DNA of 64,000 nt from an uncultured delta proteobacterium (lineage in GTDB: Bacteria; Myxococcota_A; Polyangia; Polyangiales; Polyangiaceae): assembly GCA_963782055.1 (NCBI GenBank), contig CAWAIF010000003.1:608001-672000 (forward strand). The letters are read 5' to 3'. Shown piece after piece: positions 10,229 through 20,277 of the stretch. The notes beneath the pieces were generated by a model that was given only the letters and a program-made list of their open reading frames with translations, searched no databases and was not told the origin of the DNA. Positions within the stretch are counted from its first letter, which is position 1. Every line of letters begins with the position of its first letter. The translations under genes were made by a program, and so were the position numbers.

Positions 10229-11791
10229 ATGCTGCGTTACGCGATCCGCCGGATTCTGTGGGCAGTACCGACGATCCTGGGCATCAGCGTCGTCGCCTTC
10301 CTCGTCAGCACGCTCATCCCGGAGCCGCCGCCGCTCTCCGTCGACCAGCAGATCGCGCTGCTCGGGAAGGACCCCGCCCAGTACGACAGCTACGTCGAAT
10401 CGCGCCGGGAGCGGTCGCTGGATCTGCCCCGCTTCGTCAACCCCACGCCGCGCGACGTGCGCGCCCTCGCGGAGGCCGCCGTTGCGCATTTGGCGGCCAA
10501 CGACGCGCAGGCGCCGCTCGCCGCGCACCAGCTCGCCCGGGTGGGCGGCGCCGCGCTGCCCTACGTGGTGCCCTCGCTCGACCGGCTCGCCCCCGCGGCG
10601 CGCCGCCGCGTGGCGATGGCGCTCCTGCCCATCGCGCGGCGCATGGGCCTGGACGACGACGCCCGCGTGCGCGACCCCGACACCGCGCCGGTGTTCTGGA
10701 CGCAGTTCTGGGAGGACCGCTCGCTGGAGTTCACCGCGCCCGCCGTGCGCCGCTCGGTCGTGCGGCTCACGAGGCGCGCGACCGACGCGCGCGAGCGCGA
10801 CGTGGTGGAGGTGGACACCTTCGCGCTGGGCGAGCTGGTGGCGGCGATGCAGACCTCGTCCGACCCCGACGCCACCGCGCGCCTCTCGGCGCTGGCGTCG
10901 CACGTCTCGTCGCACCAGGTCGCGGTGCCGCGGCCGCTCGACGCGGCCGGCGCGCGCCGCGTGGCCGACACCTGGGCGCGGTGGTGGGACATGCACCGCG
11001 CCGACTACCAGCCGCTGGAGGGCGGCGAGCGCATCACGGCGACGCTCTCCGAGACGCGTTACGGCCGGTGGCTGCTCTCCGCCGCGATGGGACGCTTCGG
11101 GACCAGCGTGCGCGACGGCGAGCCGATCATGGCGAAGGTGATGGCGCACGCGCGCATCACCCTCGCGCTGCTCTTCATCTCGCTGTTCGCCAGCTTCGGG
11201 CTGGCGGTCCCCATCGGCGTCATCAGCGCGCGGCGGCGCGGTCAGCCGGTGGACGTGTGGCTCGCCGTGACGCTCTTCTTGCTGCACTCGCTGCCGACCT
11301 ACTTCCTCGCCGAGGTGCTGGTGCAGGCTTCCCGCGGCGGGTGGCCGGAGACGGTGCGCGTGGTGCTCGCCATCGTCACGATGACCGCGGCGGCGCTCGC
11401 CGCGCTCTCCCGCTACCAGCGCGCGTCCATGCTGGACGTGCTCGGCCAGGACTACATCCGCACCGCGCGGGCGAAGGGCCTCAGCGAGTGGCGCGTGCTG
11501 CTGGTCCACGGGCTTCGCAACGCCGTGCTGCCGATGGTGACGCTCGCCGGGCTGCAGATCCCGGTGCTCTTCGGCGCGGCCATCGTCGTGGAGGAGGTGT
11601 TCGAGCTCCCCGGCCTCGGCTACGAGACGATGCGCGCCGTGGAGTCGCACGACGCCTCGTGGCTGGTCGCCATCGTGCTCTTCACCGCCCTCGCGACGAC
11701 GGCGGCGCTCATCGCGAGCGACGTCGCGTACGGCATCCTGGACCCGCGCATGCGTGAGCGGCTGCTCCGCCGCAGGGGAGGGGCCGCGTGA
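10229..11791 (+). CDS. Dpp/Opp-type ABC transporter permease (DppB-like) with a large extracytoplasmic insertion
   Basis: MLRYAIRRILWAVPTILG N-terminus; EAA-loop 'DYIRTARAKGL'; 'AYGILDPR' C-terminus. Confidence 0.9.
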   Translation: MLRYAIRRILWAVPTILGISVVAFLVSTLIPEPPPLSVDQQIALLGKDPAQYDSYVESRRERSLDLPRFVNPTPRDVRALAEAAVAHLAANDAQAPLAAHQLARVGGAALPYVVPSLDRLAPAARRRVAMALLPIARRMGLDDDARVRDPDTAPVFWTQFWEDRSLEFTAPAVRRSVVRLTRRATDARERDVVEVDTFALGELVAAMQTSSDPDATARLSALASHVSSHQVAVPRPLDAAGARRVADTWARWWDMHRADYQPLEGGERITATLSETRYGRWLLSAAMGRFGTSVRDGEPIMAKVMAHARITLALLFISLFASFGLAVPIGVISARRRGQPVDVWLAVTLFLLHSLPTYFLAEVLVQASRGGWPETVRVVLAIVTMTAAALAALSRYQRASMLDVLGQDYIRTARAKGLSEWRVLLVHGLRNAVLPMVTLAGLQIPVLFGAAIVVEEVFELPGLGYETMRAVESHDASWLVAIVLFTALATTAALIASDVAYGILDPRMRERLLRRRGGAA

Positions 11792-12792
11792 GCGAGCGCG
11801 CCGTGCTGAGGCCCGGGTCCATCCGGCGCGCGGTCGCCATCCTGGTGGGCAAGCGCGTGGTCCTGGCGTGCCTCGCCGTGCTGGGCGTGCTCGCGCTGGT
11901 GGCGGTGTTCGCCGACGAGATCGCCTCCGATCTGCCCGTCGTCTGCCGGGTGCACGGCACGCTCTACGTGATGCCCAACGTGACGCGGCCGGCCGCGCTG
12001 GAGGGCTACGATCACGCCCGCATCGCCCGCGAGCGGCAGGCGGGCGACTGGGCCTTCGGCCCGCTGATGCGCCAGGGGCCGCAGCAGGAGTCTCACGACG
12101 TGCTCGCCCCGCCGCTGCGGGAGCTCGGGCACCCGCTGGGTACCGACGAGCTCGGCCGCGACGTGCTGGTGCGGCTGGTCTACGGCGCGCGCGTCACGCT
12201 GGGGGTCGCCCTGCTCGCGGTCGTCGGGTTCGTGCTCGTGGGGGCGGTGCTGGGCGCGCTCTCCGGGTTCTTCGGCGGCGGTCTGGACTTCCTGGTGGCG
12301 CGCCTCACCGAGACACTCTCGTCCTTCCCGGTGCCGGTGCTGGTGCTCGCGGTGCAGGCGATGGTGCCGCGGCCGGGCGTGGGATCGCTCCTCACCACCA
12401 TCGCGGTGCTGCGCTGGCCGGAGGTCGCCCGCCTGGTGCGGGCGGAGGTCATGGCGGTCGCCTCGTCCGACTACGTGGTCGCCGCGCGGGCGCTCGGGGC
12501 CACGCCGGCACGGGTGCTGCGGCGGCACGTGCTGCCGATGGCGCTCACCCCGGCGGTGGTCACGGCGGTGCTCGGGCTGGGCCAGATCGTGCTGCTGGAG
12601 TCGTCGCTGGACTTCCTGCGCGTCGGGCTGCCGGCGTCGGTGCCCACGTGGGGGGAGATGCTCAGCGAGTCGCGCGATCACTTCGGGGCGTGGTGGCTGC
12701 TGCTGCTCCCCGGGCTGCTGGTCTTCCTCACCGTCATCGCCACCAACGCCGTGGGCGAGGCCGCCCGCGACGCGCTCGACCCGCGGGTGTGA
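11788..12792 (+). CDS. Dpp/Opp-type ABC transporter permease (DppC-like)
   Basis: HPLGTDELGRDV, 'DYVVAARALGA', 'NAVGEAARDALDPR'; GTGA overlap with the upstream permease. Confidence 0.92.
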   Translation: MSERAVLRPGSIRRAVAILVGKRVVLACLAVLGVLALVAVFADEIASDLPVVCRVHGTLYVMPNVTRPAALEGYDHARIARERQAGDWAFGPLMRQGPQQESHDVLAPPLRELGHPLGTDELGRDVLVRLVYGARVTLGVALLAVVGFVLVGAVLGALSGFFGGGLDFLVARLTETLSSFPVPVLVLAVQAMVPRPGVGSLLTTIAVLRWPEVARLVRAEVMAVASSDYVVAARALGATPARVLRRHVLPMALTPAVVTAVLGLGQIVLLESSLDFLRVGLPASVPTWGEMLSESRDHFGAWWLLLLPGLLVFLTVIATNAVGEAARDALDPRV

Positions 12793-12846
12793 GTCCCCCT
12801 CAGGGAGGGTTGGACAGCGCGCGGGGAGTGGTTACCCTACCCGCGC

Positions 12847-13545
12847 ATGAGCAACTTCGGACGGGGTCTCGCCCTCGGCGGCGCGGGCCCGAAAGCGGGC
12901 CCGGGTAAGGGCATTCCCACCATTCGCGAGCAGGACTTCGAGGCGGAGGTCCTCCGCAGCGAGGTGCCCGTCCTGCTGGAGTTTTCGGCGGAGTGGTGCC
13001 AGCCCTGCAAGCAGATCGCGCCGGAGGTGGAGTCCTTCGCCCAGGAGATGGAGGGCAAGGTCCGCGTCCGCAAGGTGGACGTGGACCAGTCACCGCTCGT
13101 CGCGCGCGAGCTGCGGGTCCAGTCGGTCCCCACCTTCATGCTCTTCGAGCACGGCCGTCCGGTGGACGCCGTCGTCGGCGCCATCGGCAAGAAGAAGCTG
13201 CGGGAGATGGTCGAGCCCTTCCTCCCCCGCGCCGAGGGCGCGGTGAAGGCGCCGGAGCTGGTGCAGCTCCTGAAGGAGGGCGTCGTCGTCCCGGTGGACA
13301 CGCGCGACGCGGCCGCGTTCAAGCGCGCCCACGTGCCCGGCGCGCAGAACATCCCCTTCGAGGAGATTGGCGATCGCCTGGCGGAGCTGCACATGCTCCC
13401 CGGCCGGCCGGTTGTCTACTGCCGCTCCGGCGACAAGACGAAGGACCTCGCCCTCAAGCTGGCGGAAGACGGCGTGCCCGTCATGTTCCTGGAGGGTGGC
13501 CTGCTCGCGTGGGAGTCGGAGGGGCTGAAGGTCGAGCGGGGCTGA
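12847..13545 (+). CDS. Thioredoxin-rhodanese fusion protein
   Basis: WCQPC active site in the N-terminal thioredoxin; C-terminal rhodanese (VDTR..HVPGA..YCRSG..LEGGLLAW). Confidence 0.9.
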   Translation: MSNFGRGLALGGAGPKAGPGKGIPTIREQDFEAEVLRSEVPVLLEFSAEWCQPCKQIAPEVESFAQEMEGKVRVRKVDVDQSPLVARELRVQSVPTFMLFEHGRPVDAVVGAIGKKKLREMVEPFLPRAEGAVKAPELVQLLKEGVVVPVDTRDAAAFKRAHVPGAQNIPFEEIGDRLAELHMLPGRPVVYCRSGDKTKDLALKLAEDGVPVMFLEGGLLAWESEGLKVERG

Positions 13546-13663
13546 CGCTCCCGCCGGCCGCCAAGGCCCGGCCCGGTGGTCGCCGTGCGCCGGCGCCCGC
13601 CCGCACGGCTTGCCGATCTCCCGCGGCGGGAACACACTGCGGCTGCATGAGAGGTGGTGGGGT

Positions 13664-14149
13664 GTGAGCGCGACCGAACGAGAAACAGGCGACCTCGACC
13701 GCTTCCGGGCGCTGCTGCACTCGCACATGGTCAAGAAGGGCCTCCGCTCGACCGATCAGCGGCGGCTCATCGTGGAGACCTTCTTCCGCTCGCCCAACCA
13801 CGTCAGCATCGAGGAGCTGCTCGGGCAGGTCCGCGCGCAGGACCCGAAGGTGGGCTACGCGACGGTCTACCGGACGCTCAAGCTGCTCACCGAGTGCGGC
13901 GTCGCGCTGGAGCGGCGGTTCGGCGACGGCCTCGCCCGCTACGAGCTGGCGGACGACACCTCCCACCACCACGACCACCTGATCTGCGTGGAGTGCGGCG
14001 CCATCGTGGAGTTCGAGGAGCCGCGCATCGAGGCGCTGCAGGAAGAGGTGGCGTTGCGCTACGGCTTCGAGCTGCGCAGCCACAAGCACGAGATGTACGG
14101 CCTCTGCCCGGCGTGCCAGGACAAGCTGCGCGGCCCCCGCCGCAACTGA
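13664..14149 (+). CDS. Fur family transcriptional regulator
   Basis: ATVYRTLKLL, HHHDHLICVECG, CPAC. Start placed at GTG 13664 after GAGGTGG. Confidence 0.93.
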   Translation: MSATERETGDLDRFRALLHSHMVKKGLRSTDQRRLIVETFFRSPNHVSIEELLGQVRAQDPKVGYATVYRTLKLLTECGVALERRFGDGLARYELADDTSHHHDHLICVECGAIVEFEEPRIEALQEEVALRYGFELRSHKHEMYGLCPACQDKLRGPRRN

Positions 14150-14155
14150 GCGATC

Positions 14156-14761
14156 TCAGCGCTTCGCAGGGTCGGCCTGGAGGGTGCGCCTGTCGGTCAC
14201 GATCCACGCGACCGGGACGTCGTGCGGGGCGCGGGGGATCTCGGCGAGGAGCTGGAAGTCGTAGGCGACCCCCACCAGCACCGCGCCGGGGAGCCAGCGC
14301 GGCAGGGCCATGTCGTAGAAGCCGGCGCCGTAGCCGATGCGGAAGCCGGCCGCGTCGATCGCGATGGCCGGCACGATCACCACGTCCAGCGCGAGCGGCT
14401 CCTCCGCGCCGGGCGGCGGCTCGGCGAAGCCCATCCCGCGCTCCTCGAGCGTGGCGGGATCGTCCACGAAGCGGAAGGTCATCGTGCGCGTCTCGGGGTC
14501 GATGGACGGGTAGGCGACGCGCGCGCCTGCGGCGCGCAGCGAGGTGTCCAGGGGGCGGAGGTCGACCTCGTGCTTCTCCTCGATGGGCCAGAAGAGCGCC
14601 GCCGAGCGGGCCTGCGTCACGACCTCGAGCGACTGCAGCGCAAGGACGATGCGTCGCGAGCGCTCGGCGAGGGCGGAGGCCGGCGTCGTCTGCCGCAGGC
14701 CGCGCAGGCGGCGGCGCAGCTCTGCCTTCACGCGCATCCCCAGGATCTCGTCGTCCGTCAC
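14156..14761 (-). CDS. ygfA: 5-formyltetrahydrofolate cyclo-ligase
   Basis: DVVIVPAIAIDAAGFRIGYGAGFYD and PHDVPV motifs; GTG start overlaps the methylase stop (GTGA). Confidence 0.92.
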   Translation of the reverse strand: MTDDEILGMRVKAELRRRLRGLRQTTPASALAERSRRIVLALQSLEVVTQARSAALFWPIEEKHEVDLRPLDTSLRAAGARVAYPSIDPETRTMTFRFVDDPATLEERGMGFAEPPPGAEEPLALDVVIVPAIAIDAAGFRIGYGAGFYDMALPRWLPGAVLVGVAYDFQLLAEIPRAPHDVPVAWIVTDRRTLQADPAKR

Positions 14762-15630
14762 GCGCGCCTCCTCGATCGCCGGGGCGCGCCCTCCAGGCGC
14801 AGCCCGGGCGCCGCCCACGTGCCCACCAGCAGCTCGGCCGTCGGCCCGCGCTTGCTGGCGTCGGCGTGGATGCTCCGGGGCGCCTCGATGGATCGCATGG
14901 GGAAGCCGGCGTACAGCTCGCGCGTGTGGGGCGTGTCGGCGTTGGACAGCAGCGCGTGGACGCCCGCGTCCCGCAGCCGCGCCAGCTCGTCGCGCAGGCG
15001 CTCCTGGTCCTTCGCTCCGAAGCCGCCCGCGGCGTACGCGGTGAAGTCGCTGGTGCGCGACAGCGGCACGTAGGGCGGGTCGAAGTAGACGAAGTCCCCG
15101 GCGCGCAGCTTGCGCGTCACCGCGGTGAAGTCGCCGGTGCGCAGCTCGACGCCGGCGAGGGCCGCGGCGGCCGCGCGCAGCCGCTCCTGCTGGAGGATCC
15201 TGGGGTTGGCGTAGCGGCCGAAGGGGACGTTGAACTTGCCGCTGGCGTTGACCCGCCAGAGGCCGTTGAAGCAGGTGCGGTTGAGGAAGATGAAGCGCGC
15301 GGCGCGGGCCACGTCGCTCAGGGTGAGCGGGTCCAGCTCGCGGGTCTCGTAGAAGAGGTCGCGGTCGTAGCGGTAGGCGCCGAGCGCCTCGATGAGCTCC
15401 TCCACCCCGTCGCGCACCACCCGGTAGCAGAGGATGAGCTCCTCGTTGGCGTCGGAGAGGAAGGCGCGCGCGAAGCGCGGGCGCGCGTCGCCGGAGAGGG
15501 CGAAGAAGAGCGCGGCGCTGCCGACGAACGGCTCGGCGTAGGTACCCACCTTCTCGGGGACGCAGCCGAGCAGCTGCTCGCGGAGGCGCCACTTGCCTCC
15601 GGCCCACTTGAGGATGGGGCGCGCTTCCAT
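14758..15630 (-). CDS. Dam/D12-class N6-adenine DNA methyltransferase
   Basis: PILKWAGGK, EPFVGS, LNRTCFNGLWRVNASGKFNVPFG, YFDPPY, LSN. Confidence 0.93.
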   Translation of the reverse strand: MEARPILKWAGGKWRLREQLLGCVPEKVGTYAEPFVGSAALFFALSGDARPRFARAFLSDANEELILCYRVVRDGVEELIEALGAYRYDRDLFYETRELDPLTLSDVARAARFIFLNRTCFNGLWRVNASGKFNVPFGRYANPRILQQERLRAAAAALAGVELRTGDFTAVTRKLRAGDFVYFDPPYVPLSRTSDFTAYAAGGFGAKDQERLRDELARLRDAGVHALLSNADTPHTRELYAGFPMRSIEAPRSIHADASKRGPTAELLVGTWAAPGLRLEGAPRRSRRRA

Positions 15631-15673
15631 TCCTTTGCTGGACGTAGGCCATGCGCGCCGGCGCAGCAAGTGA

Positions 15674-17830
15674 TCAGAAGGAATCGCGGATGGGCGAGAC
15701 GCGGTCGCGGGCGACGAGGAAGGTGGCGTCTATGCCGTCCACGCGGGCGAAGACCATCGGCAGGTTGTGCCGGACGGTGTCGCGCCCGAACACCAGGTGC
15801 GTCGTGCGCGCGCCGCCGTCGGCGGTGACGGTGGCGCGCAGCTGGAGCGACGGCGTCGCGAAGCCCTCGTCGGCGGCGGGGGCGCCAAGGTGGGCCACCT
15901 CGTCGGCGCGGAGGGTGTCCACGGCGTGGAGGAGGGCGTCGGGGCCCGCGGGGAGGCCTGCGTCCGGCCCGGTCCACTGGCCGGCGACCTGCGTGAGGAC
16001 CACCGCCGCTCCCGGGCGCTCCACCTCGATGCGATCGGCGCGCGCGGTGTCGATGGTGACCGGGCTGCGGTCGACCAGGATCGTCTGGAGCAGGTCGCGC
16101 ATGGTGCGCGGGAGGAGGAAGACCGGCGTCAGCGTCTTGGGTCGCCCGGGCTGCGCGTCCTCCGCCTGCGCGTAGACGCCGCCCTCGCCCTCGCGGCCGA
16201 GGCGCACGGTGACGGTGCGCGTGCCGCCCTCGAAGCCCAAAGTCAGCGTCACCGAGCACGGCGAGGTCGCGAAGCCGAAGGAGCCGTCGTCGTGGTCGGC
16301 GACCCAGGCGTCCGCCTGGAGCTTGGCGAGCTGGTCGACCATGTCGAGCGTCTTCGGCGGGTCCGCCGCGAAGCCGTGCGGCGCGCGCAGCGTCCACTGC
16401 GAGCCCGCGGCTTCCAGGTCCTGCGCCACGCCGCAGCGCAGCGAGAGCGTCTTCGCGTCGCGGGCGTCCAGCGATGGCAGGAAGACCGCGCGCCCCTTCA
16501 GCGCCACCAGCGAGGGCGTCAGCTTGCGCGCGACCTCCGGGCTCACCGAGAGGGTGGCGCCGTCGGCGTCGCGGTGCACGCGCGGGTGCGCGGCGTCTCC
16601 GCCGAGCTCCACCACCTCGCGGGCGTGCGTCTCGGCCCGCACCAGCGTCACGCGCGCGCGCGCGGCGAGCGGCGCCGCGTCCTCCTTCGCGTCGGTCCCC
16701 TCCGAGCGGACGACGGCGCCCACGAGGGCGTTGGCCATGTCGACCTCGTCCCCCTCCAGATCGCGGTCGGCGGGGGAGCGCTCGTGCCAGCCGGACCCCT
16801 TGCGCGCCAGCTCCACGCGGGTGCCGGAGGGCAGCGTCTCCAGGGTGATCTCCTCCACCTCGTCCTCGTGGGCGACGAAGAGGCGCGGGTCGACGAGCTC
16901 CGCCGCGGTGGTGCCCAGCCCGGCCAGCACGCCCTTGGGCACACACGCGGAGACGCGTGTCGGCTCGGTGCGCACGAAGGCGACGTCGTCGGGGTGGCCG
17001 GGGCACGCGTCGCCGACGACCATCACGCCCTTCGGCTTGGACGCGTCCTTCGGCGTCATGGTGATGGTGAACGCCGGCGCGGCCGTGAGGCGATCGGCGT
17101 CGGCGTCGGGGAGGAAGCTCTCCGCGCGCATGTCGGCGAAGGCCTGCCACACGCGGTCGATGACCTGCCGCGAGGCGCGCAGCTTCGACCCGGCGAGGCG
17201 GAAGGAGACGTCATCCATGCGGTCGACGTGGAAGCCGGACGTCTTGCCGCGCACCTCCAGGCTCGTCAGGTCCAGCGAGAGGTAGGGGACCACCGTGCGG
17301 CTGCGGTAGGCGTCGGCGCCGAGCAGGAGCTGATCGGTGAGCTCCTTGGAGACGACGTAGGCGCCCTCGCCCTCCACGCTCAGGTACGACGCGCCCGCCG
17401 GCGAGGGGGCGGCGGAGCCGAGCGCGAGGTGGAAGACGAGCTTGCCCATCGTCACGGTGATCCGCGCGCGCGGGGTGTCGGTGCCCGGGGCCTTCCCCTC
17501 CAGCTTGCGCACGTACGAGGCGAACTCCAGCGCGCCCACGAGGTGGTCGACGGCGTCGGGGTCGGCGGCCTGCGGCACTGGCTTCTCGATGCGCCACGGC
17601 GCGTCGCCGCTGTCGGCCGCCACGTCTCGCGCGAGCACCAGCGTCTCGCTGCCGCTGACGATCTCGATGCGAGAGAGCGCGTCGCGGCGGAAGGCAGGCA
17701 GGATGTCCCTGGCGCGCGCCTCGCGCTCGGTGTCGGTCACCTTGTCGCGGTCGACGAGCCACACGTACGCCGACAGGCCCACCGCGAGCGCGATCAGCAC
17801 GATGGACGTGGCGTGCTTGCGCCACTTCAC
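15674..17830 (-). CDS. DUF4340-like repeat protein associated with the Gld-type ABC system
   Basis: GTG 17830 overlaps the upstream stop; N-terminal TM then several similar modules (W..P..AD...V..L..L). Confidence 0.75.
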   Translation of the reverse strand: MKWRKHATSIVLIALAVGLSAYVWLVDRDKVTDTEREARARDILPAFRRDALSRIEIVSGSETLVLARDVAADSGDAPWRIEKPVPQAADPDAVDHLVGALEFASYVRKLEGKAPGTDTPRARITVTMGKLVFHLALGSAAPSPAGASYLSVEGEGAYVVSKELTDQLLLGADAYRSRTVVPYLSLDLTSLEVRGKTSGFHVDRMDDVSFRLAGSKLRASRQVIDRVWQAFADMRAESFLPDADADRLTAAPAFTITMTPKDASKPKGVMVVGDACPGHPDDVAFVRTEPTRVSACVPKGVLAGLGTTAAELVDPRLFVAHEDEVEEITLETLPSGTRVELARKGSGWHERSPADRDLEGDEVDMANALVGAVVRSEGTDAKEDAAPLAARARVTLVRAETHAREVVELGGDAAHPRVHRDADGATLSVSPEVARKLTPSLVALKGRAVFLPSLDARDAKTLSLRCGVAQDLEAAGSQWTLRAPHGFAADPPKTLDMVDQLAKLQADAWVADHDDGSFGFATSPCSVTLTLGFEGGTRTVTVRLGREGEGGVYAQAEDAQPGRPKTLTPVFLLPRTMRDLLQTILVDRSPVTIDTARADRIEVERPGAAVVLTQVAGQWTGPDAGLPAGPDALLHAVDTLRADEVAHLGAPAADEGFATPSLQLRATVTADGGARTTHLVFGRDTVRHNLPMVFARVDGIDATFLVARDRVSPIRDSF

Positions 17831-19528
17831 GGCGTGTCCTCGTCCTCGTCGTCGTCCGGCGCGTCCTCGCGCTCGTCCTCGCCGTCGCCGTCCTCCTGCT
17901 CCTCGTCGGGCGCCTCCTTCGCCTTGCGCTTCTTCGGCGGGCGGCGGTCGCCCGCCTTCCCGGGCGCGTTGCGCGGCTTTCCCTCGGTGCTCCGGCGGCG
18001 GAGGCCCACGCCGAGGGCGATGGCGAAGGCGGCGAGCGGCATGTAGAGCAGCACGTAGCGCTGGACCTGGCCCTCCACCGCCGCGTTCATCTTCAGGCCC
18101 GCGCCGACGGTGGGCTTGTCCGGGATGTCCAGCACCTCCGGCTTGGCCGCCAGCCAGGCGACGGCGTTCTCCACCAGGAAGGCGGTGCCGCGCCACGGGA
18201 GGGGCGCGCGCCAGTTGGCCATGGCGAGCGCGCTGGACGAGCCGAACACCACCACTCGCGGGCCGTGCGCCGCGTCCCTGGAGACCTTCGGGCGCTCGCT
18301 CGCCATGGCGAGAACGAAGGGGCCGGCCTCGTCGCCGCGCGCCTTCTCCGGCACCTCCGACGGGGGCGTGCGGGCGATGGCGCCGGCGCGGTCCACCCCC
18401 ACGGCGAAGGACTTGTCGCTGGAGACGAGCAGGTCGCTCGCGGTGGTGCCCGACGGGTCGACCACGTGGTGCAGCGGGCGGGAGGTGTCCACCACCACCC
18501 GCGGCGGATCGCGCAGCTCGTCGGTGGGCACCAGGCCGGTGGTCACCGGGTGCGTCCTCGCCGTGGCGATGAAGGTGTTGGCGCGGGAGTCGGGGATGAG
18601 GAGCTTGGGGTCGGGCTCGAGCACCAGGCGGTCCCCCAGGCCGATCCCGAAGGGCGCGAGGACCTTGCCGAGCGGTCCCGCGGCGTCGTCGCTCTCCGCC
18701 CCCAGCGTCAGCAGCATGTTGCCGCCGCTCATCAGGTAGGTGCGAAGGCGGGTCGCCTCGGCGTCGGTGAGCGGGCCGAGGGAGCGCGCGCCGCGCACCG
18801 AAGGCGCCGCCACGATGACCACGTCGCAGCCCTTGAAGGGCTCGAAGGCGTTGGGCGGCGTGGAGTCGACCGCCTCGGTGTCGTAGTTGTCCTTCTCCAG
18901 CACGTCGCGCAAGAGGCCCAGGCCCTCGTCGCTCCCGTCCTCGATGGACCGCTCGCCGTGGCCGGTCAGAAAGCAGAGCTTGGTGCGCTCGCCCGCCACC
19001 ACCCGCCGGATCGCCCCGGTGATGGCCTGCTCCTCACGCGGGCGCGCCTTGGTGTCGTCCCCCGGCGTGACCTCCACCATGTCCGCCGGCGTGAGGAACC
19101 AGTGGCGGTCCCCCCGCGCCACGATGACGATGGCGTCCGCCACCATCCGCCCGTCCTGCGCCGGCGAGGTCTCCACCTTGAAGCGCTTTCGCAGGTCCTG
19201 GAGGGCGAGCACGTCCTTGTCGGGGTCGACCCAGTGCACGTCCAGCTTCTGCGTCTCGCCCTCGTAGCTGGAGAGCAGGTGGCGCAGGCTCTGCTCCATC
19301 GGGTCGCCGCCGCCCAGGATGACCCAGAGCTGCACCTTGTCGGGCAGGGAGTGGAGCGTCTCCAGCGTCGGCCCGGAGAGGGTGTAGAGCTTGCCGCTCG
19401 TCCAGTCCCAGCGCTTGTAGTGGCGGGCGAGCAGCACGTTGAGCAGCACGCACACCGCCACCGCCGCCGCGATCCCCTCCCAGCGAGAGAGCGCGCGCGG
19501 TGTCGAGGACCCGCTTCCTGAGCGCCAT
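17827..19528 (-). CDS. GldG-family ABC auxiliary protein, with an apparent +1 frameshift near 19474-19477
   Basis: RWDWTSGKLYTLS, WVDPD, CFLTGHGE, VVVFGSS..N. ATG 19528 overlaps the upstream stop (TGATG) but is one base out of frame with ORF 17827..19461. Confidence 0.85.
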
Positions 19529-20277
19529 CAGCTCCACCTCCACGCGTCGACGACGCGCACCGTGAGGAAGAGCGGGAGCACGACGAGCGTGGCGCCCCAC
19601 GCCAGGCGCCGGGAGTCCACGACGCCGCTGGCGAAGTCGTTCATCTGCGCCCAGACCGAGACGTGGGCGCACACGGCGTGGAGGGTGGAGCCCTCCCGGG
19701 TGACGAACTCGCCGACGCCCAGGATGAAGAGGGACAGGATGACGAGCGCGGTGAGCACCAGGGCGAGGAACTGGCTGCGGGTGAGGGCGCTCATCAGCAG
19801 GCCGAGGGCGAGGTAGCCCGCGCCGACGAGCAGCACGCCGAGGTAGCTGGCCCCGACGACGTGCCAGTCCACCGTGCCGGAGCGCTGCAGGATGACGATG
19901 TACAGCACCGTGGGCGCCCACATGGCGACGTAGGTCGTCAGCGCGGCGAGGTACTTGGCCATCACCACCGCCGTCGCGCTGACCGGCGCGGTCATCAGCG
20001 CCTCGATCGTGCCGCTGCGCCGCTCCTCGGCGAAGAGGCGCATGGTCATCGGCGGGACCAGCAGGAAGAGCACCAGGTAGAGCAGCACCGTGTTGCCGAA
20101 GAAGGCCGCGACCGGCGTCTGATCGCTGTCCACCGCCGCGACGTTCGCGAAGTGGTCGACGAGCAGGTAGAAATGCATGCCCTGCACGAGCAAAAAGACG
20201 CAGATGAGCACCCACGCCAGCGGCGTCACGAAGAAGGCGAAGAGCTCGCGCTTGTAGATGGGCCAGAAGCTACGCAT
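19528..20277 (-). CDS. GldF-like ABC-2 permease
   Basis: KRELFAFFVTPLAW, PPMTMRLFAEERRSGTIEALMTAPV, SALTRSQ. Confidence 0.9.
   Translation of the reverse strand: MRSFWPIYKRELFAFFVTPLAWVLICVFLLVQGMHFYLLVDHFANVAAVDSDQTPVAAFFGNTVLLYLVLFLLVPPMTMRLFAEERRSGTIEALMTAPVSATAVVMAKYLAALTTYVAMWAPTVLYIVILQRSGTVDWHVVGASYLGVLLVGAGYLALGLLMSALTRSQFLALVLTALVILSLFILGVGEFVTREGSTLHAVCAHVSVWAQMNDFASGVVDSRRLAWGATLVVLPLFLTVRVVDAWRWS

Noticed and set aside
14761..15700. 6S RNA, often found upstream of ygfA
   Set aside because: ygfA directly overlaps the methylase gene, leaving no intergenic space.
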